From positions 124,001 through 188,000 of IMG/VR virus record IMGVR_UViG_3300032236_001850: a stretch of DNA of 64,000 nucleotides. One strand, 5' to 3'. The notes under the pieces were generated by a model. That model searched no databases and was not told the DNA's origin. It was given only the letters and a program-made list of their open reading frames with translations. The translations under genes and the position numbers were made by a program. Numbering within the stretch: the first letter of the stretch is position 1; the number at the start of each line of letters is the position of its first letter. Positions 28,478 to 38,216 of this stretch are shown piece by piece.

Positions 28478-28740
28478 GTGTTTTAACACAGAAACTGGTC
28501 TTCCAAGAAAAATGTGGGGAAACTTTCAAAGAGATCACGTGGCATAAAGGAACCATAGTGGAGATATACGAATGTGGAGAAAATATTTACCATAAGACCA
28601 AAAGACTTCAGTATCAAGAAAGTGATAAGGTAAAAGTTTACTACTGTAACGAATGGAAGTTTACCATGATAGCTAAACACCGGATAGATGTTATGGAGGT
28701 GGATGATATTAGATGGGAAAAAATATTAAGCAAAGATTAA
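28459..28740 (+). CDS. Small protein, C-terminal WEKIL
   Basis: 19-nt overlap start. Confidence 0.8.
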   Translation: MEKTKIGVLTQKLVFQEKCGETFKEITWHKGTIVEIYECGENIYHKTKRLQYQESDKVKVYYCNEWKFTMIAKHRIDVMEVDDIRWEKILSKD

Positions 28741-28750
28741 AGATTTTAAA

Positions 28751-29026
28751 GTGATACAAGCAAATGACGTGCATATAGCGGTTCTTAAGGAGACATTTAG
28801 GACAACCAATTATCAATCAGGTGGATTTATAACATGGAACGAAAATGAAGCAGTACAGGTCAAGCATAATGGAGTTGACGGATCACCGCTATGGTACTGT
28901 TTAAAATTGGATGAGTCTACGGATGTTGACATTGATGAATTCATATATAATGGTCTTGTAGCTGCTTCGAGCCAGTTGGATTTTATAGAAGTTAATTGGG
29001 TAAATGTAAATGGGATCAACAGATAA
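28751..29026 (+). CDS. Small protein, paralog A1
   Basis: GTG start; first ~108 nt nearly identical to 29173 onward. Confidence 0.8.
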   Translation: MIQANDVHIAVLKETFRTTNYQSGGFITWNENEAVQVKHNGVDGSPLWYCLKLDESTDVDIDEFIYNGLVAASSQLDFIEVNWVNVNGINR

Positions 29027-29159
29027 ATTAGGAGTAGTTAAAAAAATTCGATGCATCCATATACAGAAAAGATCTTATATGGGAGGAAGGAGAGATTGTT
29101 TGGATTGGTGGCGAAGATTAATAGATGGAATCCAAATAGAATTTAAACGAATAAGGTGA
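29010..29159 (+). CDS. 49-aa ORF B1, doubly frameshifted paralog of 29442..29660 (not in ORF track)
   Basis: MGSTDKLGVVKK...IQIEFKRIR; middle DNA aligns to B2 in another frame. Confidence 0.55.
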   Translation: MGSTDKLGVVKKIRCIHIQKRSYMGGRRDCLDWWRRLIDGIQIEFKRIR

Positions 29160-29455
29160 TTGATATGGATGAAATACAGGCAAATGACGTGCGTATAGCG
29201 GTCCTTAATAAGGCATTTAAGACAACCAATTATCAATCAGGTGGATTTATATCATGGAACGAAAATGAAGCAGTACAGGTCATAAAACACGGTGGAAGGA
29301 TGAGTATGCACCTATGGTGCTGTATAAAAATGGAAGATCCAGTAATTGGACTACATAGAAATAATCTACCAAAAAATCTTATTGTTTCTAGGAGTCATTT
29401 GGAGTTTATAAATATGGAGTTTATAAATATAAAAAACGAAGGTGGAACCAACTGA
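29156..29455 (+). CDS. Small protein, paralog A2
   Basis: TTNYQSGGFISWNENEAVQV shared with A1. Confidence 0.8.
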   Translation: MIDMDEIQANDVRIAVLNKAFKTTNYQSGGFISWNENEAVQVIKHGGRMSMHLWCCIKMEDPVIGLHRNNLPKNLIVSRSHLEFINMEFINIKNEGGTN

Positions 29456-29660
29456 TAGATTAGCAATTATAAAGACAGAATTCGAGACATCCATATATGG
29501 GAATGAACTTATATGGAAAGGTGGAGAGATTGTTTGGATTGGCGGGGAAGATGCTATAACTGGTATGGTAACTATTTGCAAATTTGACAAGCCATTTGCA
29601 ACATACGTTCCGAAAGATTCGGTTGATGAATTCATAATAGAATGGCAAAATATTGGATGA
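29442..29660 (+). CDS. Small protein B2, C-terminal WQNIG
   Basis: IWKGGEIVWIGGED; ends IEWQNIG. Confidence 0.8.
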   Translation: MEPTDRLAIIKTEFETSIYGNELIWKGGEIVWIGGEDAITGMVTICKFDKPFATYVPKDSVDEFIIEWQNIG

Positions 29661-29884
29661 TGGAAACTACCAAATATTTAGGTACATTAACAAGATCACT
29701 GGTATCGCAGGATTTAGGAAAGGATAAGATTCTATGGGGTGAGGGTGAAACAGTTATAGTAAAAGAAATTGACGGTAATCCAGAATATTTCAGGATAATC
29801 AAACTACAAAACACATTAGGAAATATGGTAGTGCCACACTCAGCATTCATATACTACAGACCAGACTGGGTCAAATTAAGGTAA
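29642..29884 (+). CDS. Small protein, C-terminal WVKLR
   Basis: 19-nt overlap start; ILWGEGETV resembles B2. Confidence 0.8.
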   Translation: MAKYWMMETTKYLGTLTRSLVSQDLGKDKILWGEGETVIVKEIDGNPEYFRIIKLQNTLGNMVVPHSAFIYYRPDWVKLR

Positions 29885-29939
29885 AAATATTTTTTTATTC
29901 AAAAAGAATTTCTTATATTTGCATATCAAATCAATCAAA

Positions 29940-30140
29940 ATGCAAACAGCAACACTTAGAAGATCGGTTTATACAAAATTTGGAGGTTATTACCCTAAGG
30001 GAGCAAAGGTGGAGGTTGATACAATTGATATGGCTAATGACAGGGTATCAATAAAAAAACTAAACTATGAAGGTCCGATAAGGGTTTCACTTAAACCTAA
30101 GGATTTAATTTTCAATATAAAATGGAAACAACTGACATGA
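29940..30140 (+). CDS. Small protein, C-terminal WKQLT
   Basis: ATG 29940 after early promoter. Confidence 0.8.
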   Translation: MQTATLRRSVYTKFGGYYPKGAKVEVDTIDMANDRVSIKKLNYEGPIRVSLKPKDLIFNIKWKQLT

Positions 30141-30583
30141 TATTTAGCAATTCCTTTTATGGAGCATTTCCTGACATGAAAGGGGAATTGATGCGCAGAA
30201 AAGAGCTTGAAGAAAAATTAGACAGAAAAAGAGGAGAAAATTTTATTAATAAGGGTGATTCGATTTCACATTTTCTAATGAAGGATTTCATTATAAACGA
30301 TGATGGAACGGAAAGACCTATAAAACTCAAAGATATATGCTTCGGAAAACCATTTCAGGGTTTAATTCCATCAAGACCCAGCATTTATGCTGTAACTTCA
30401 GTTCATTATGTAGCTGGTTACAAAATAGTTATAAAAAGATTTCAGGACACTTCAGACGACATCATTTGGTATGAAACACCAATAGACCATTACTACTGCA
30501 AAATATCAGAACTGGAGGGAGTAATACACGAACATCTACTCGAAGCAATACAAAGGGATTCAACATGGAACAGAGTAAAATAG
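30122..30583 (+). CDS. Hypothetical protein, C-terminal WNRVK
   Basis: 19-nt overlap start. Confidence 0.8.
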   Translation: METTDMIFSNSFYGAFPDMKGELMRRKELEEKLDRKRGENFINKGDSISHFLMKDFIINDDGTERPIKLKDICFGKPFQGLIPSRPSIYAVTSVHYVAGYKIVIKRFQDTSDDIIWYETPIDHYYCKISELEGVIHEHLLEAIQRDSTWNRVK

Positions 30584-30912
30584 GATTCTTTATAATCAGA
30601 ACGTTCGACGATCTTGTGTTTACTAGAGACGATTTTAGTGGATATCCTGATCAGTACACTGTGGAGATGCTAGAAAGAATAACCCCATTCAGAGCAAGAA
30701 TGAAATTCGAAAAGGAGTTTGGAGGAGATGACACGGAAGCTAGTGTGATCTATGGGGCATCAACATACTCAACCAAAGGAAGGGATGGGGAATATGACAC
30801 ATTTGAGGTTTGGTATTCGGATGAGGATGAACCTAGAGGTTACGAAACCAAGGAACAAATAAATGCAGAATTTCTAAGAAGGAGTTTAAATAAAACATCA
30901 CTGGAGTTATGA
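30565..30912 (+). CDS. Hypothetical protein
   Basis: 19-nt overlap start; ATGA coupling to next gene. Confidence 0.8.
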   Translation: MEQSKIGFFIIRTFDDLVFTRDDFSGYPDQYTVEMLERITPFRARMKFEKEFGGDDTEASVIYGASTYSTKGRDGEYDTFEVWYSDEDEPRGYETKEQINAEFLRRSLNKTSLEL

Positions 30913-31097
30913 AAGTAAAAATATTTAAAAGTTGGATGATTGAGGAACAGCAGAACGAGATCAATCAATGGTTTTCTGAAAATAATGTTATAGTACATAA
31001 CATCACGCAGTCAACCGGGGGAGAGACCACACAATGGACAATCATATCTATATTCTACACAGAAGTTAAACAATTGGAATTTGAAAAAGTTAAGTAA
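30909..31097 (+). CDS. Cse60-like small protein, C-terminal FEKVK
   Basis: KVKIF...EINQWFSEN...ISIFY; paralog of 58060 and 60875. Confidence 0.75.
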   Translation: MKVKIFKSWMIEEQQNEINQWFSENNVIVHNITQSTGGETTQWTIISIFYTEVKQLEFEKVK

Positions 31098-31381
31098 TGG
31101 AGGATTCTACATATCATGCTACACTACTGGGGAAGATAAATGCGATGAAATTTTATGAATTTGTATATGACGACAAGTTTCCTAATCCGTTAGTCAATAG
31201 AAATCTATTAAATGGCCAAAGATATACGATATTCATCAATTCACACACAACCGGAACACATAACAGATTTCTGATGAATGGTAAATTTAACACCGGGTAC
31301 GGCAGCATAAGCTTCGGTGGGGAAATACTTGGAAATATACTAACAATAGGAAATCCTCCACAATTTCAAAAAATTCTTTAA
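31097..31381 (+). CDS. Hypothetical protein, C-terminal FQKIL
   Basis: TAATG coupling. Confidence 0.75.
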   Translation: MEDSTYHATLLGKINAMKFYEFVYDDKFPNPLVNRNLLNGQRYTIFINSHTTGTHNRFLMNGKFNTGYGSISFGGEILGNILTIGNPPQFQKIL

Positions 31382-31441
31382 ATAATTTTTTTATTCAAAA
31401 AGGATTTTATATATTTGCCATGTAATCAAAATGAAAACACA

Positions 31442-31819
31442 ATGGCATACAACGTAACTACATGGAAAATGAAGAGCATGGATAATCTAGTTATCCCACT
31501 TGCAGCTCTTTACGAATCACCAAGAAAAGACTGGCATCCTAAGGAGCCAAAAATCAAAGACGCAGTCACTATGGAGGTTTCTCTACAATGCGGATGTGAG
31601 CAGGAAATTGTTGGGATTCTGAAAGAAGGAAACCTACACGTCACCAAACTCTCAATGTCGGGTGAAGGATCAGGGGGATTTATTGGCGGAGTGCTTAGAC
31701 CAGCATTAGAAAAAAGCACAGGATCATTCTCAGCTTTAGCTGTTTGGGAGGGAGGAGATTCCATAACTAATATTGGATTCCAAGATGGATTCTACAAAGA
31801 GGAGGACGTAGAGCTATGA
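31442..31819 (+). CDS. Hypothetical protein
   Basis: ATG 31442 after early promoter; AVWEGGDSI. Confidence 0.8.
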   Translation: MAYNVTTWKMKSMDNLVIPLAALYESPRKDWHPKEPKIKDAVTMEVSLQCGCEQEIVGILKEGNLHVTKLSMSGEGSGGFIGGVLRPALEKSTGSFSALAVWEGGDSITNIGFQDGFYKEEDVEL

Positions 31820-32250
31820 AATATCCAAACCCAATAGACACACTGTTTAGTGAGCACCTTCATGGCAAAGAAGCCTATATCAGGGCAGCAGGTTTAGTAT
31901 CAGAAGGAAACATAGACTCCAAATGTATAATGGAATACCGTAAGTACAGCGGTGTGGTATGCAAATCAGAGCTCAAGTGGAACGCAGTTGAAATCAAGGA
32001 TGAATTTCTAAAGAAGTTAAACTCAATTAGGGAGGAAGCTGGACTGACTTATGATATGCGTGATGCTGTACACAAGGGAGCAAACGAATTGTTTGACACA
32101 CTCCACGTTAAAGTTGGTATGATTTACTATCACTCGGTAGTTAAACACGAGGTACTAACAGATAAGGATGGCGTGATAACAAGAGTTGATTTAACTTACG
32201 AAAACGGTACAACCGTAGAGATTAGAAACATAACTAACATAAGAAAATAA
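31816..32250 (+). CDS. Hypothetical protein
   Basis: ATGA coupling. Confidence 0.8.
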   Translation: MKYPNPIDTLFSEHLHGKEAYIRAAGLVSEGNIDSKCIMEYRKYSGVVCKSELKWNAVEIKDEFLKKLNSIREEAGLTYDMRDAVHKGANELFDTLHVKVGMIYYHSVVKHEVLTDKDGVITRVDLTYENGTTVEIRNITNIRK

Positions 32251-32254
32251 AACC

Positions 32255-32644
32255 ATGGACACAAAAATATATTTTGACGTTGAGAAAATAAGCGTCATAG
32301 AAGTTAGACCAGAAACCCTATCAGACTATGTTTTCTATCCAGAAAAACCGGCCTACCAGAGGCACATCTTTGGTTTCATCCCATCAGGTAAGAACCCATA
32401 TCTTCCGCCAAGATGGAGTTCCGACGAAGGATGGTTTTATAAAACCGACGAGGATCTAAGATCTTATAACCACTATCGAATAGACGACGTTGAGAAAAAG
32501 ATATATCACAGAGCACGTGTGGTGATTCATCTTGGCTACAAGGAGAGTGTTAATAGAGTATTTGACTCAACGGATGAAGCAATGGAATGGGCGGATCATA
32601 TAATTAGAACATCAGGAAAAAACTTAGAATTATTAATCAAATAA
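32255..32644 (+). CDS. Hypothetical protein
   Basis: 129 aa. Confidence 0.8.
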   Translation: MDTKIYFDVEKISVIEVRPETLSDYVFYPEKPAYQRHIFGFIPSGKNPYLPPRWSSDEGWFYKTDEDLRSYNHYRIDDVEKKIYHRARVVIHLGYKESVNRVFDSTDEAMEWADHIIRTSGKNLELLIK

Positions 32645-32652
32645 AATTAGAA

Positions 32653-33060
32653 ATGGCAACAAGATCAAGAATTGGAATTGAGAGAGAAAACGGACATATA
32701 GAATCCATCTATTGTCACTGGGATGGCTATCCTAGCCACAATGGTAAAATCTTAGCGGAACATTACACGGACCCGGAAAAAATTAAAGCATTAATAGCAC
32801 TGGGTGACATCAGCTCATTAAACGAAAACGTTAGTCCTGCCGACGGTGTTGAACATTCATTCGATAAACCAGCAGAGAATGTAACAGTAGCATATCACAG
32901 AGACAGAGGTGAGGATTTAACCAAAGCAAGAGTAAGCTACTCAATGAAAGGTTTCGAACAAAGCGACTACGAGGAATATGGATACATATTTACAAAAGAC
33001 AACCAATGGAAAGTGGTTGGAGTTAAAAAATGCTTCGTTCCGCTAGCTGACGTTATATAA
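32653..33060 (+). CDS. Conserved-type phage hypothetical (TRSRIG...YCHWDGYP family)
   Basis: MATRSRIGI...IYCHWDGYPSHNG...YHRDRGE. Confidence 0.88.
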   Translation: MATRSRIGIERENGHIESIYCHWDGYPSHNGKILAEHYTDPEKIKALIALGDISSLNENVSPADGVEHSFDKPAENVTVAYHRDRGEDLTKARVSYSMKGFEQSDYEEYGYIFTKDNQWKVVGVKKCFVPLADVI

Positions 33061-33081
33061 TAGAAACCAATACAAGTTAAT

Positions 33082-33118
33082 AAAATCCGAATAAATATTT
33101 TTTTATTCGGATTTTTTT
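33082..33118 (+). terminator. Terminator overlapping next promoter
   Basis: AATCCGAATAAA-tattt-TTTATTCGGATT-T run. Confidence 0.75.
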
Positions 33119-33146
33119 ATTATATTTGCTTATTAAATCCAATTAA

Positions 33147-33452
33147 ATGAGGGTAATAGAAATAAAGAAACACGTTACTAATGGATTCAGACTTGGACAT
33201 CTGATACTTGACGATTACTACAGCAACGACGATGTTGAATACGAGGTTGAGGATTGGTGTCACAAAGACGGAAGTGGACATAGTAGAGGATGGAGGAGTG
33301 AATGGAGAGAGATTACCGACGTCACGGAGAGAGGAGTAATCATGATGGAGGAACATAGAAAACTAGGAAAATCCATAGAGAGAATTGAAAAAAGAAGAAA
33401 AGACATTCTTGATAATCTAATAGTACCATTCGTAGAAATACATAGAAAATGA
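33147..33452 (+). CDS. Hypothetical protein
   Basis: 101 aa after early promoter. Confidence 0.8.
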   Translation: MRVIEIKKHVTNGFRLGHLILDDYYSNDDVEYEVEDWCHKDGSGHSRGWRSEWREITDVTERGVIMMEEHRKLGKSIERIEKRRKDILDNLIVPFVEIHRK

Positions 33453-33652
33453 TAATAGACACAATATACATACCAGCATTGAGCTTTTTAGTTCTATGTT
33501 TTCTCACTTTAATAGCCAATGGTTTTAAAGCAGACGTACCTGAAAATCGTCTGGCCTTGGTTTTTATGGTTTTAGCAGTAATCAATCTTTACTATGATGT
33601 TATATTCTACTTTGTTAAACTCGTAGAATGGATGCTATCATCAGTTGTTTAG
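33449..33652 (+). CDS. Small membrane protein
   Basis: Two hydrophobic helices; ATGA coupling. Confidence 0.75.
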   Translation: MIIDTIYIPALSFLVLCFLTLIANGFKADVPENRLALVFMVLAVINLYYDVIFYFVKLVEWMLSSVV

Positions 33653-33861
33653 TTACTTTTTAATAACATCCACAAGAACTGCAAAGAAGCAAATTCCTAG
33701 GAAAACGCCAATCACATAAAGTGGGCATGTAGGGTCAGGGTTCATTATAGGGTACATATTTCTGCTATATATCGGTTTATGGTATCAAATTGTAACATTT
33801 TTATCCCAAAATATTTTTTTATTTCATTATTTTTTCATATATTTGCATAAAGTAATATCAT

Positions 33862-34215
33862 ATGTTGGTTTCTGAACTGTGTCCTAGCAAATATCTGATA
33901 ACAGATGCCCATTTTGAAGAGATCCAGTGGGTAATTTCAAAGGAGGTTCCATTAACACACTTTGCAAGTATAGCAGGTGGTCTTGTATTGGTAACAAACG
34001 AAAGACAAATGTGGTATGAAGATACAGATGGCCATGATACTTCCCTATGGATGACCAGGTTTTATGTAAGAGGAGACGAAAATCCTTTCTTCTGGTTTAG
34101 TAAAGGAAACAACAGAATTGGCAATCTGGAAATACAACATCTCAACGAAAATCTCATCAAGAGAATCGGAGAGATAAAATGGAAAAAGATAGAATGGACC
34201 ACATTAGAAAAGTAA
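33862..34215 (+). CDS. Hypothetical protein, near-terminal WKKIE
   Basis: After early promoter. Confidence 0.8.
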   Translation: MLVSELCPSKYLITDAHFEEIQWVISKEVPLTHFASIAGGLVLVTNERQMWYEDTDGHDTSLWMTRFYVRGDENPFFWFSKGNNRIGNLEIQHLNENLIKRIGEIKWKKIEWTTLEK

Positions 34216-34481
34216 TACTTAGCACTATTCCGGATGGCGTTCTAAGAGTACTGGCTGAGTCTAGTCTTGTCTTGGTACCGCCAAACTTTGAAGATAATGT
34301 CTTCAATAGGGCAGGTATTGATATAGAACTACCAAATTTATCAATGAATATAGAAAGGTTTGTTGATACCGATCATTGGTGGATAGAAGACGAATATTAC
34401 AGCTACTATACACCAGAAGAGATGGATAGGAAGCTAGCGGAAGAAATATCAAAATCGGTTACATGGATAAAAATTCAATAG
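34179..34481 (+). CDS. Hypothetical protein, C-terminal WIKIQ
   Basis: Start formed by A+TGG of the upstream Trp. Confidence 0.8.
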   Translation: MEKDRMDHIRKVILSTIPDGVLRVLAESSLVLVPPNFEDNVFNRAGIDIELPNLSMNIERFVDTDHWWIEDEYYSYYTPEEMDRKLAEEISKSVTWIKIQ

Positions 34482-34744
34482 TTTATATAAAGGAAATATT
34501 CACTGACGCTATGTTCGAATCCGGATATCGGAGGGATAACGACGAGTGCGACGTGTTTCCAATAGTAAGACCTGACGAGAGAATAAATCCAATAGTTATA
34601 GAAAGATTAAAATTAGCTACAAGAGGTAATAAACGTCTATATTGGATAACGGGATTCAATCTACCCAGCATGGATGCAGAAGAGGTGGAAAGAGAAGTAA
34701 TAAAAGATATAATGGAATGTTTAGTATGGGAAAATATAAAATAG
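34463..34744 (+). CDS. Hypothetical protein, C-terminal WENIK
   Basis: 19-nt overlap start. Confidence 0.8.
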   Translation: MDKNSIVYIKEIFTDAMFESGYRRDNDECDVFPIVRPDERINPIVIERLKLATRGNKRLYWITGFNLPSMDAEEVEREVIKDIMECLVWENIK

Positions 34745-35115
34745 AAAATAGTAAATTTACATTCGATGTCGACGATCTGTTTACAGATTACTCACAAATT
34801 AAAAAATTTCCAATAAGACCTAGTAAGATTGCAGGATTACAGGAAATACTATTTCAGATAACAGAGACCAGAGACGAGTTACCGGAACTATGTGCATTGG
34901 TTGTATACGAAACACAAGGTTATCAATATGTAGTAGAGAATAGGAAAAGAAGTTATTCTAATGATGTCTATCTGAAGATATACAAAATCCACAGCAACGA
35001 TTTTAGAGAAGTTGTTAGTGACTCTACCATTAATCCAGATTACATCGAGGAGTTTATAATTCAACACATATCAAGTCACCTTGAATGGGCAAAAATACCG
35101 TGGGTTGGGGTATAA
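34726..35115 (+). CDS. Hypothetical protein, near-terminal WAKIP
   Basis: 19-nt overlap start at ATG 34726. Confidence 0.8.
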   Translation: MGKYKIENSKFTFDVDDLFTDYSQIKKFPIRPSKIAGLQEILFQITETRDELPELCALVVYETQGYQYVVENRKRSYSNDVYLKIYKIHSNDFREVVSDSTINPDYIEEFIIQHISSHLEWAKIPWVGV

Positions 35116-35179
35116 AAAGATTGAATATTATTTTTATATTAAAAGATAATTTCATATATTTGCATATTAAACAGAGAAA

Positions 35180-35494
35180 ATGAAAAAAATAAAGCTACCA
35201 AAAATCAATCTTAAGTCAATCTGGGAAACCGTAGAGTTTCCTTTTGTTTGTTTGTTTTTACTCATCCTATTTTTTGGCTGTATTGTTATAGCTGCAAATG
35301 GTTATAAGGAGGAGAAGGGGGAATATCCAAAACCAATTAAGCTTGGACTTGGTGACAATATAAAAGCTAGCTTGGTTGTAACCGGATCACATGAGTACAT
35401 AGTAACAACATACACAACCAAAACTGGAGCAGGAATTTCAACTATACATAATCAAAGTTGCAAATTTTGTGCAGCTAAAAAATCAAAAAAATGA
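35180..35494 (+). CDS. Single-TM membrane protein
   Basis: TM at residues ~20-40; after early promoter. Confidence 0.8.
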   Translation: MKKIKLPKINLKSIWETVEFPFVCLFLLILFFGCIVIAANGYKEEKGEYPKPIKLGLGDNIKASLVVTGSHEYIVTTYTTKTGAGISTIHNQSCKFCAAKKSKK

Positions 35495-35742
35495 GATTAA
35501 TAGCATTCCTGTATCGATTACCAATACTTCCTATATTAATAGGGTATGAGCTCTATGTTATCAATAGAATAGTAAAGGAGTCCGATATGAACGACCTAAT
35601 GGAGATACAATCCAGTGGAGACCTTCAAAAGATTACTCATCCCTACTTGGAAACATTTAGAAAAAAATACTCAGGACCTTTACATCTATTTTCGATCCTA
35701 TCATGGATAACCTTCATAAGAATAGCTATAATGCATCACTAA
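35491..35742 (+). CDS. Membrane protein
   Basis: Hydrophobic N- and C-terminal segments. Confidence 0.75.
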   Translation: MRLIAFLYRLPILPILIGYELYVINRIVKESDMNDLMEIQSSGDLQKITHPYLETFRKKYSGPLHLFSILSWITFIRIAIMHH

Positions 35743-35743
35743 T

Positions 35744-36148
35744 ATGAAATTCAAATTTATAAATTTCCAGTACCCCTTTACTAAGGATGAACTCTTGGAA
35801 GACTTCAAGGAGGTTGAGTGCCCGCTACCGTACAATAACCTTCCCGATGGTGAATATCTTATTAGAGGGAATAAGGCACAGCACAGAAAGAAGTATTGGA
35901 AGTCTGGAGATTCTTGGTTTTTTGTTGATGAAAGCACTAGGGATAATGGACACTTCATGTGTGAAGCAACAACTTATAAATTATATCCACAGTTATCAGA
36001 AAAGGAATGGGCAGCTCTATCAGCAGTACCGTTTAAGTGTCTCAATCGTTATTGGCAAAGAGCTCTTTGCGGATATAGGTTCGATATGGAACTGAGAGAG
36101 ATGAGTAGAAATATTGCAAAGGATTTTTTAAGTTTAGATAAAGAATGA
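35744..36148 (+). CDS. Hypothetical protein
   Basis: 134 aa. Confidence 0.8.
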   Translation: MKFKFINFQYPFTKDELLEDFKEVECPLPYNNLPDGEYLIRGNKAQHRKKYWKSGDSWFFVDESTRDNGHFMCEATTYKLYPQLSEKEWAALSAVPFKCLNRYWQRALCGYRFDMELREMSRNIAKDFLSLDKE

Positions 36149-36771
36149 AAAGTACCAAATTACTTAGAGTTGTAAGAACTGGTGAAATAGTAAAGATCTT
36201 ATGGAAAAATGATCTTATGACAGCATATAATAAAGCTGCTTGTGATAGTAATGGCTATTCATATTACAATATACTATCGGCAACACAGATTCCTGGTGTT
36301 TTCATACCCAGAGAAACACCAATAAAGGTTAAATACCTAGGACCACATCCAAATGGACAGGGCTCTTTGCATGAATGGATTCCAGTAAGGACAGACGAAT
36401 ACGAAAACATAGAATTATCAGAAGAAGAGGAAAAGAGAGAGCTGGAAAGATTTGAATGGGAAAAATTTAGATTCTCTATGACTGACGATCTAATATCAAT
36501 AACGAAATCCATAGTTAATGAATTTCCAATGCTCCGAGGTCATACATGTATGGTTCACGACGAGGACATAGATAGAACAAACAAGTATGATGGAATATAC
36601 ATTTACCCAGACGGTAACAAATATGAGATTCTCAGAGTATATCGGAATGTAAGGGTTACTATACCAAGAGGTGGGGGACTAGCAATATGTAATTTCAACA
36701 TGGAGGAAGAGTTTGATAGAAAAATATTAACAGGTAACAAAAAAATAGAATGGCAGAAGATAGAAGACTAG
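36145..36771 (+). CDS. Hypothetical protein, C-terminal WQKIED
   Basis: ATGA coupling. Confidence 0.8.
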   Translation: MKSTKLLRVVRTGEIVKILWKNDLMTAYNKAACDSNGYSYYNILSATQIPGVFIPRETPIKVKYLGPHPNGQGSLHEWIPVRTDEYENIELSEEEEKRELERFEWEKFRFSMTDDLISITKSIVNEFPMLRGHTCMVHDEDIDRTNKYDGIYIYPDGNKYEILRVYRNVRVTIPRGGGLAICNFNMEEEFDRKILTGNKKIEWQKIED

Positions 36772-37475
36772 ACAGCATCCTAGACAAGATCAGTAAAAGT
36801 GGAATTGATTCACTATCCAAGGATGAGAGATCGTATCTCAGAAAGATCTCGGGAGAACCAGAACCGAAATTAGATACAAAATTAGTATCCAATCCAAATG
36901 GTTTTAGAATGGCTAACATCAGTTCCGATGTGGAATCGACTGCTGATTGTGTTGCAGCTCTTAATGAATATAAGAACTCAAAATGGAAAAGAAAAACCAA
37001 GTTCAATATCAAGATAACCCCAGAGGAAAGCAGCACGGTTAGAGTATTTACCGACGGTGTGGAAACATTGTCAATTCTGCAATCGCCTAATGATGGAGCA
37101 TTCCTTATCAATTATGATCTTGATACTCTAAGACCACTTATAGAAAAATTACAAAAAACAGCAAAGAAATGCTACACTCATGATTATGGCCAGGTTTATC
37201 TAAATCCGTGGAGCATGAGCGTATGGGTTGTTGGTGGTGATGGTGGAATTGTTCAAACTGATGATAAACCGTCCGATGTAGTAAAAAGATTAGATGAGGG
37301 TGATTGGGGTGACTGTGAATTTGATATTGATTTCAGTGTGGATGCACACGAAATAAAAGACACCATATTGGAAGCTGAATATTTCCCTGCAATGGACGAG
37401 GATTCAGAATACGACGACAACAAAATGGAGTGGATAGAGGTTGCTAGAACAATAGATATATGTAACTTTGAATAA
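36750..37475 (+). CDS. Hypothetical protein
   Basis: LDSILDKISKSGIDSLSKDERSYL helix motif; 22-nt overlap start. Confidence 0.82.
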   Translation: MAEDRRLDSILDKISKSGIDSLSKDERSYLRKISGEPEPKLDTKLVSNPNGFRMANISSDVESTADCVAALNEYKNSKWKRKTKFNIKITPEESSTVRVFTDGVETLSILQSPNDGAFLINYDLDTLRPLIEKLQKTAKKCYTHDYGQVYLNPWSMSVWVVGGDGGIVQTDDKPSDVVKRLDEGDWGDCEFDIDFSVDAHEIKDTILEAEYFPAMDEDSEYDDNKMEWIEVARTIDICNFE

Positions 37476-37868
37476 ATGAAATATCTAGTTCCATTTATTA
37501 TTTTCTCCTCGCTCTGTTACCCGCAAAAAACAGAATATTACAGATATGGGTATGAAGGAATAGAGATGTTTGCTAAATTCAAGGATAGCACAATCATATA
37601 CACCCAACACCTTGCAAAGGCAACAATAAGGAAAGATGTGGCACTCGTAGTTTTAAATTTATATCCAAAAAGAAAACTAAATAATGGACATCTTGTGGTT
37701 GAGTTACCAAATGCCATAGTTACAGGTGAGATAAAAATAGAAAGAGCGGAGAAACTTGTGGTTATTAACTATTACTACGAAAAAGTGGAGTGGTGTGATA
37801 AGAATCTAATAGAAATACCAGAGGAACTTAAAAAATCAAAAATCGATGTACACACCAATAAAAGATGA
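37476..37868 (+). CDS. Secreted hypothetical protein
   Basis: N-terminal signal-like peptide. Confidence 0.75.
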   Translation: MKYLVPFIIFSSLCYPQKTEYYRYGYEGIEMFAKFKDSTIIYTQHLAKATIRKDVALVVLNLYPKRKLNNGHLVVELPNAIVTGEIKIERAEKLVVINYYYEKVEWCDKNLIEIPEELKKSKIDVHTNKR

Positions 37869-38208
37869 TGATGTTGCTTTAGTCAAATGGAAAGAGACAT
37901 CATATAAGGGCACACCTGTCTATATAGGTTTGATTAACGATTTTGTAGCTGCTGTGTGTACAAATAACTCCGGTATAGAATATGATGTTGTAGCAATCAG
38001 GTTCAGATTGAAATATTACGGAACTAAAATTGTTAATGAGGTTTATAAAACAGAATCAATAGGTGTGATAGCTGTCTATAGACACGGATGGACTCTATGT
38101 GATCTGAAGGAGGGTTTATGGTTATCATCAGCTGAGTTGGATAGAATTAACACAGCTATAGAAAAAGCATTGGATGAGAAAAAATTAGATTTTGTTGCAG
38201 TAAAATAG
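37846..38208 (+). CDS. Hypothetical protein, C-terminal FVAVK
   Basis: 120 aa. Confidence 0.75.
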   Translation: MYTPIKDDDVALVKWKETSYKGTPVYIGLINDFVAAVCTNNSGIEYDVVAIRFRLKYYGTKIVNEVYKTESIGVIAVYRHGWTLCDLKEGLWLSSAELDRINTAIEKALDEKKLDFVAVK

Positions 38209-38216
38209 AATATGTT

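Noticed and set aside
33627-33810. Possible decayed membrane gene (fragments in three frames with a TAG)
   Set aside because: Needs two frameshifts and a stop, with no paralog to anchor it; too speculative to call
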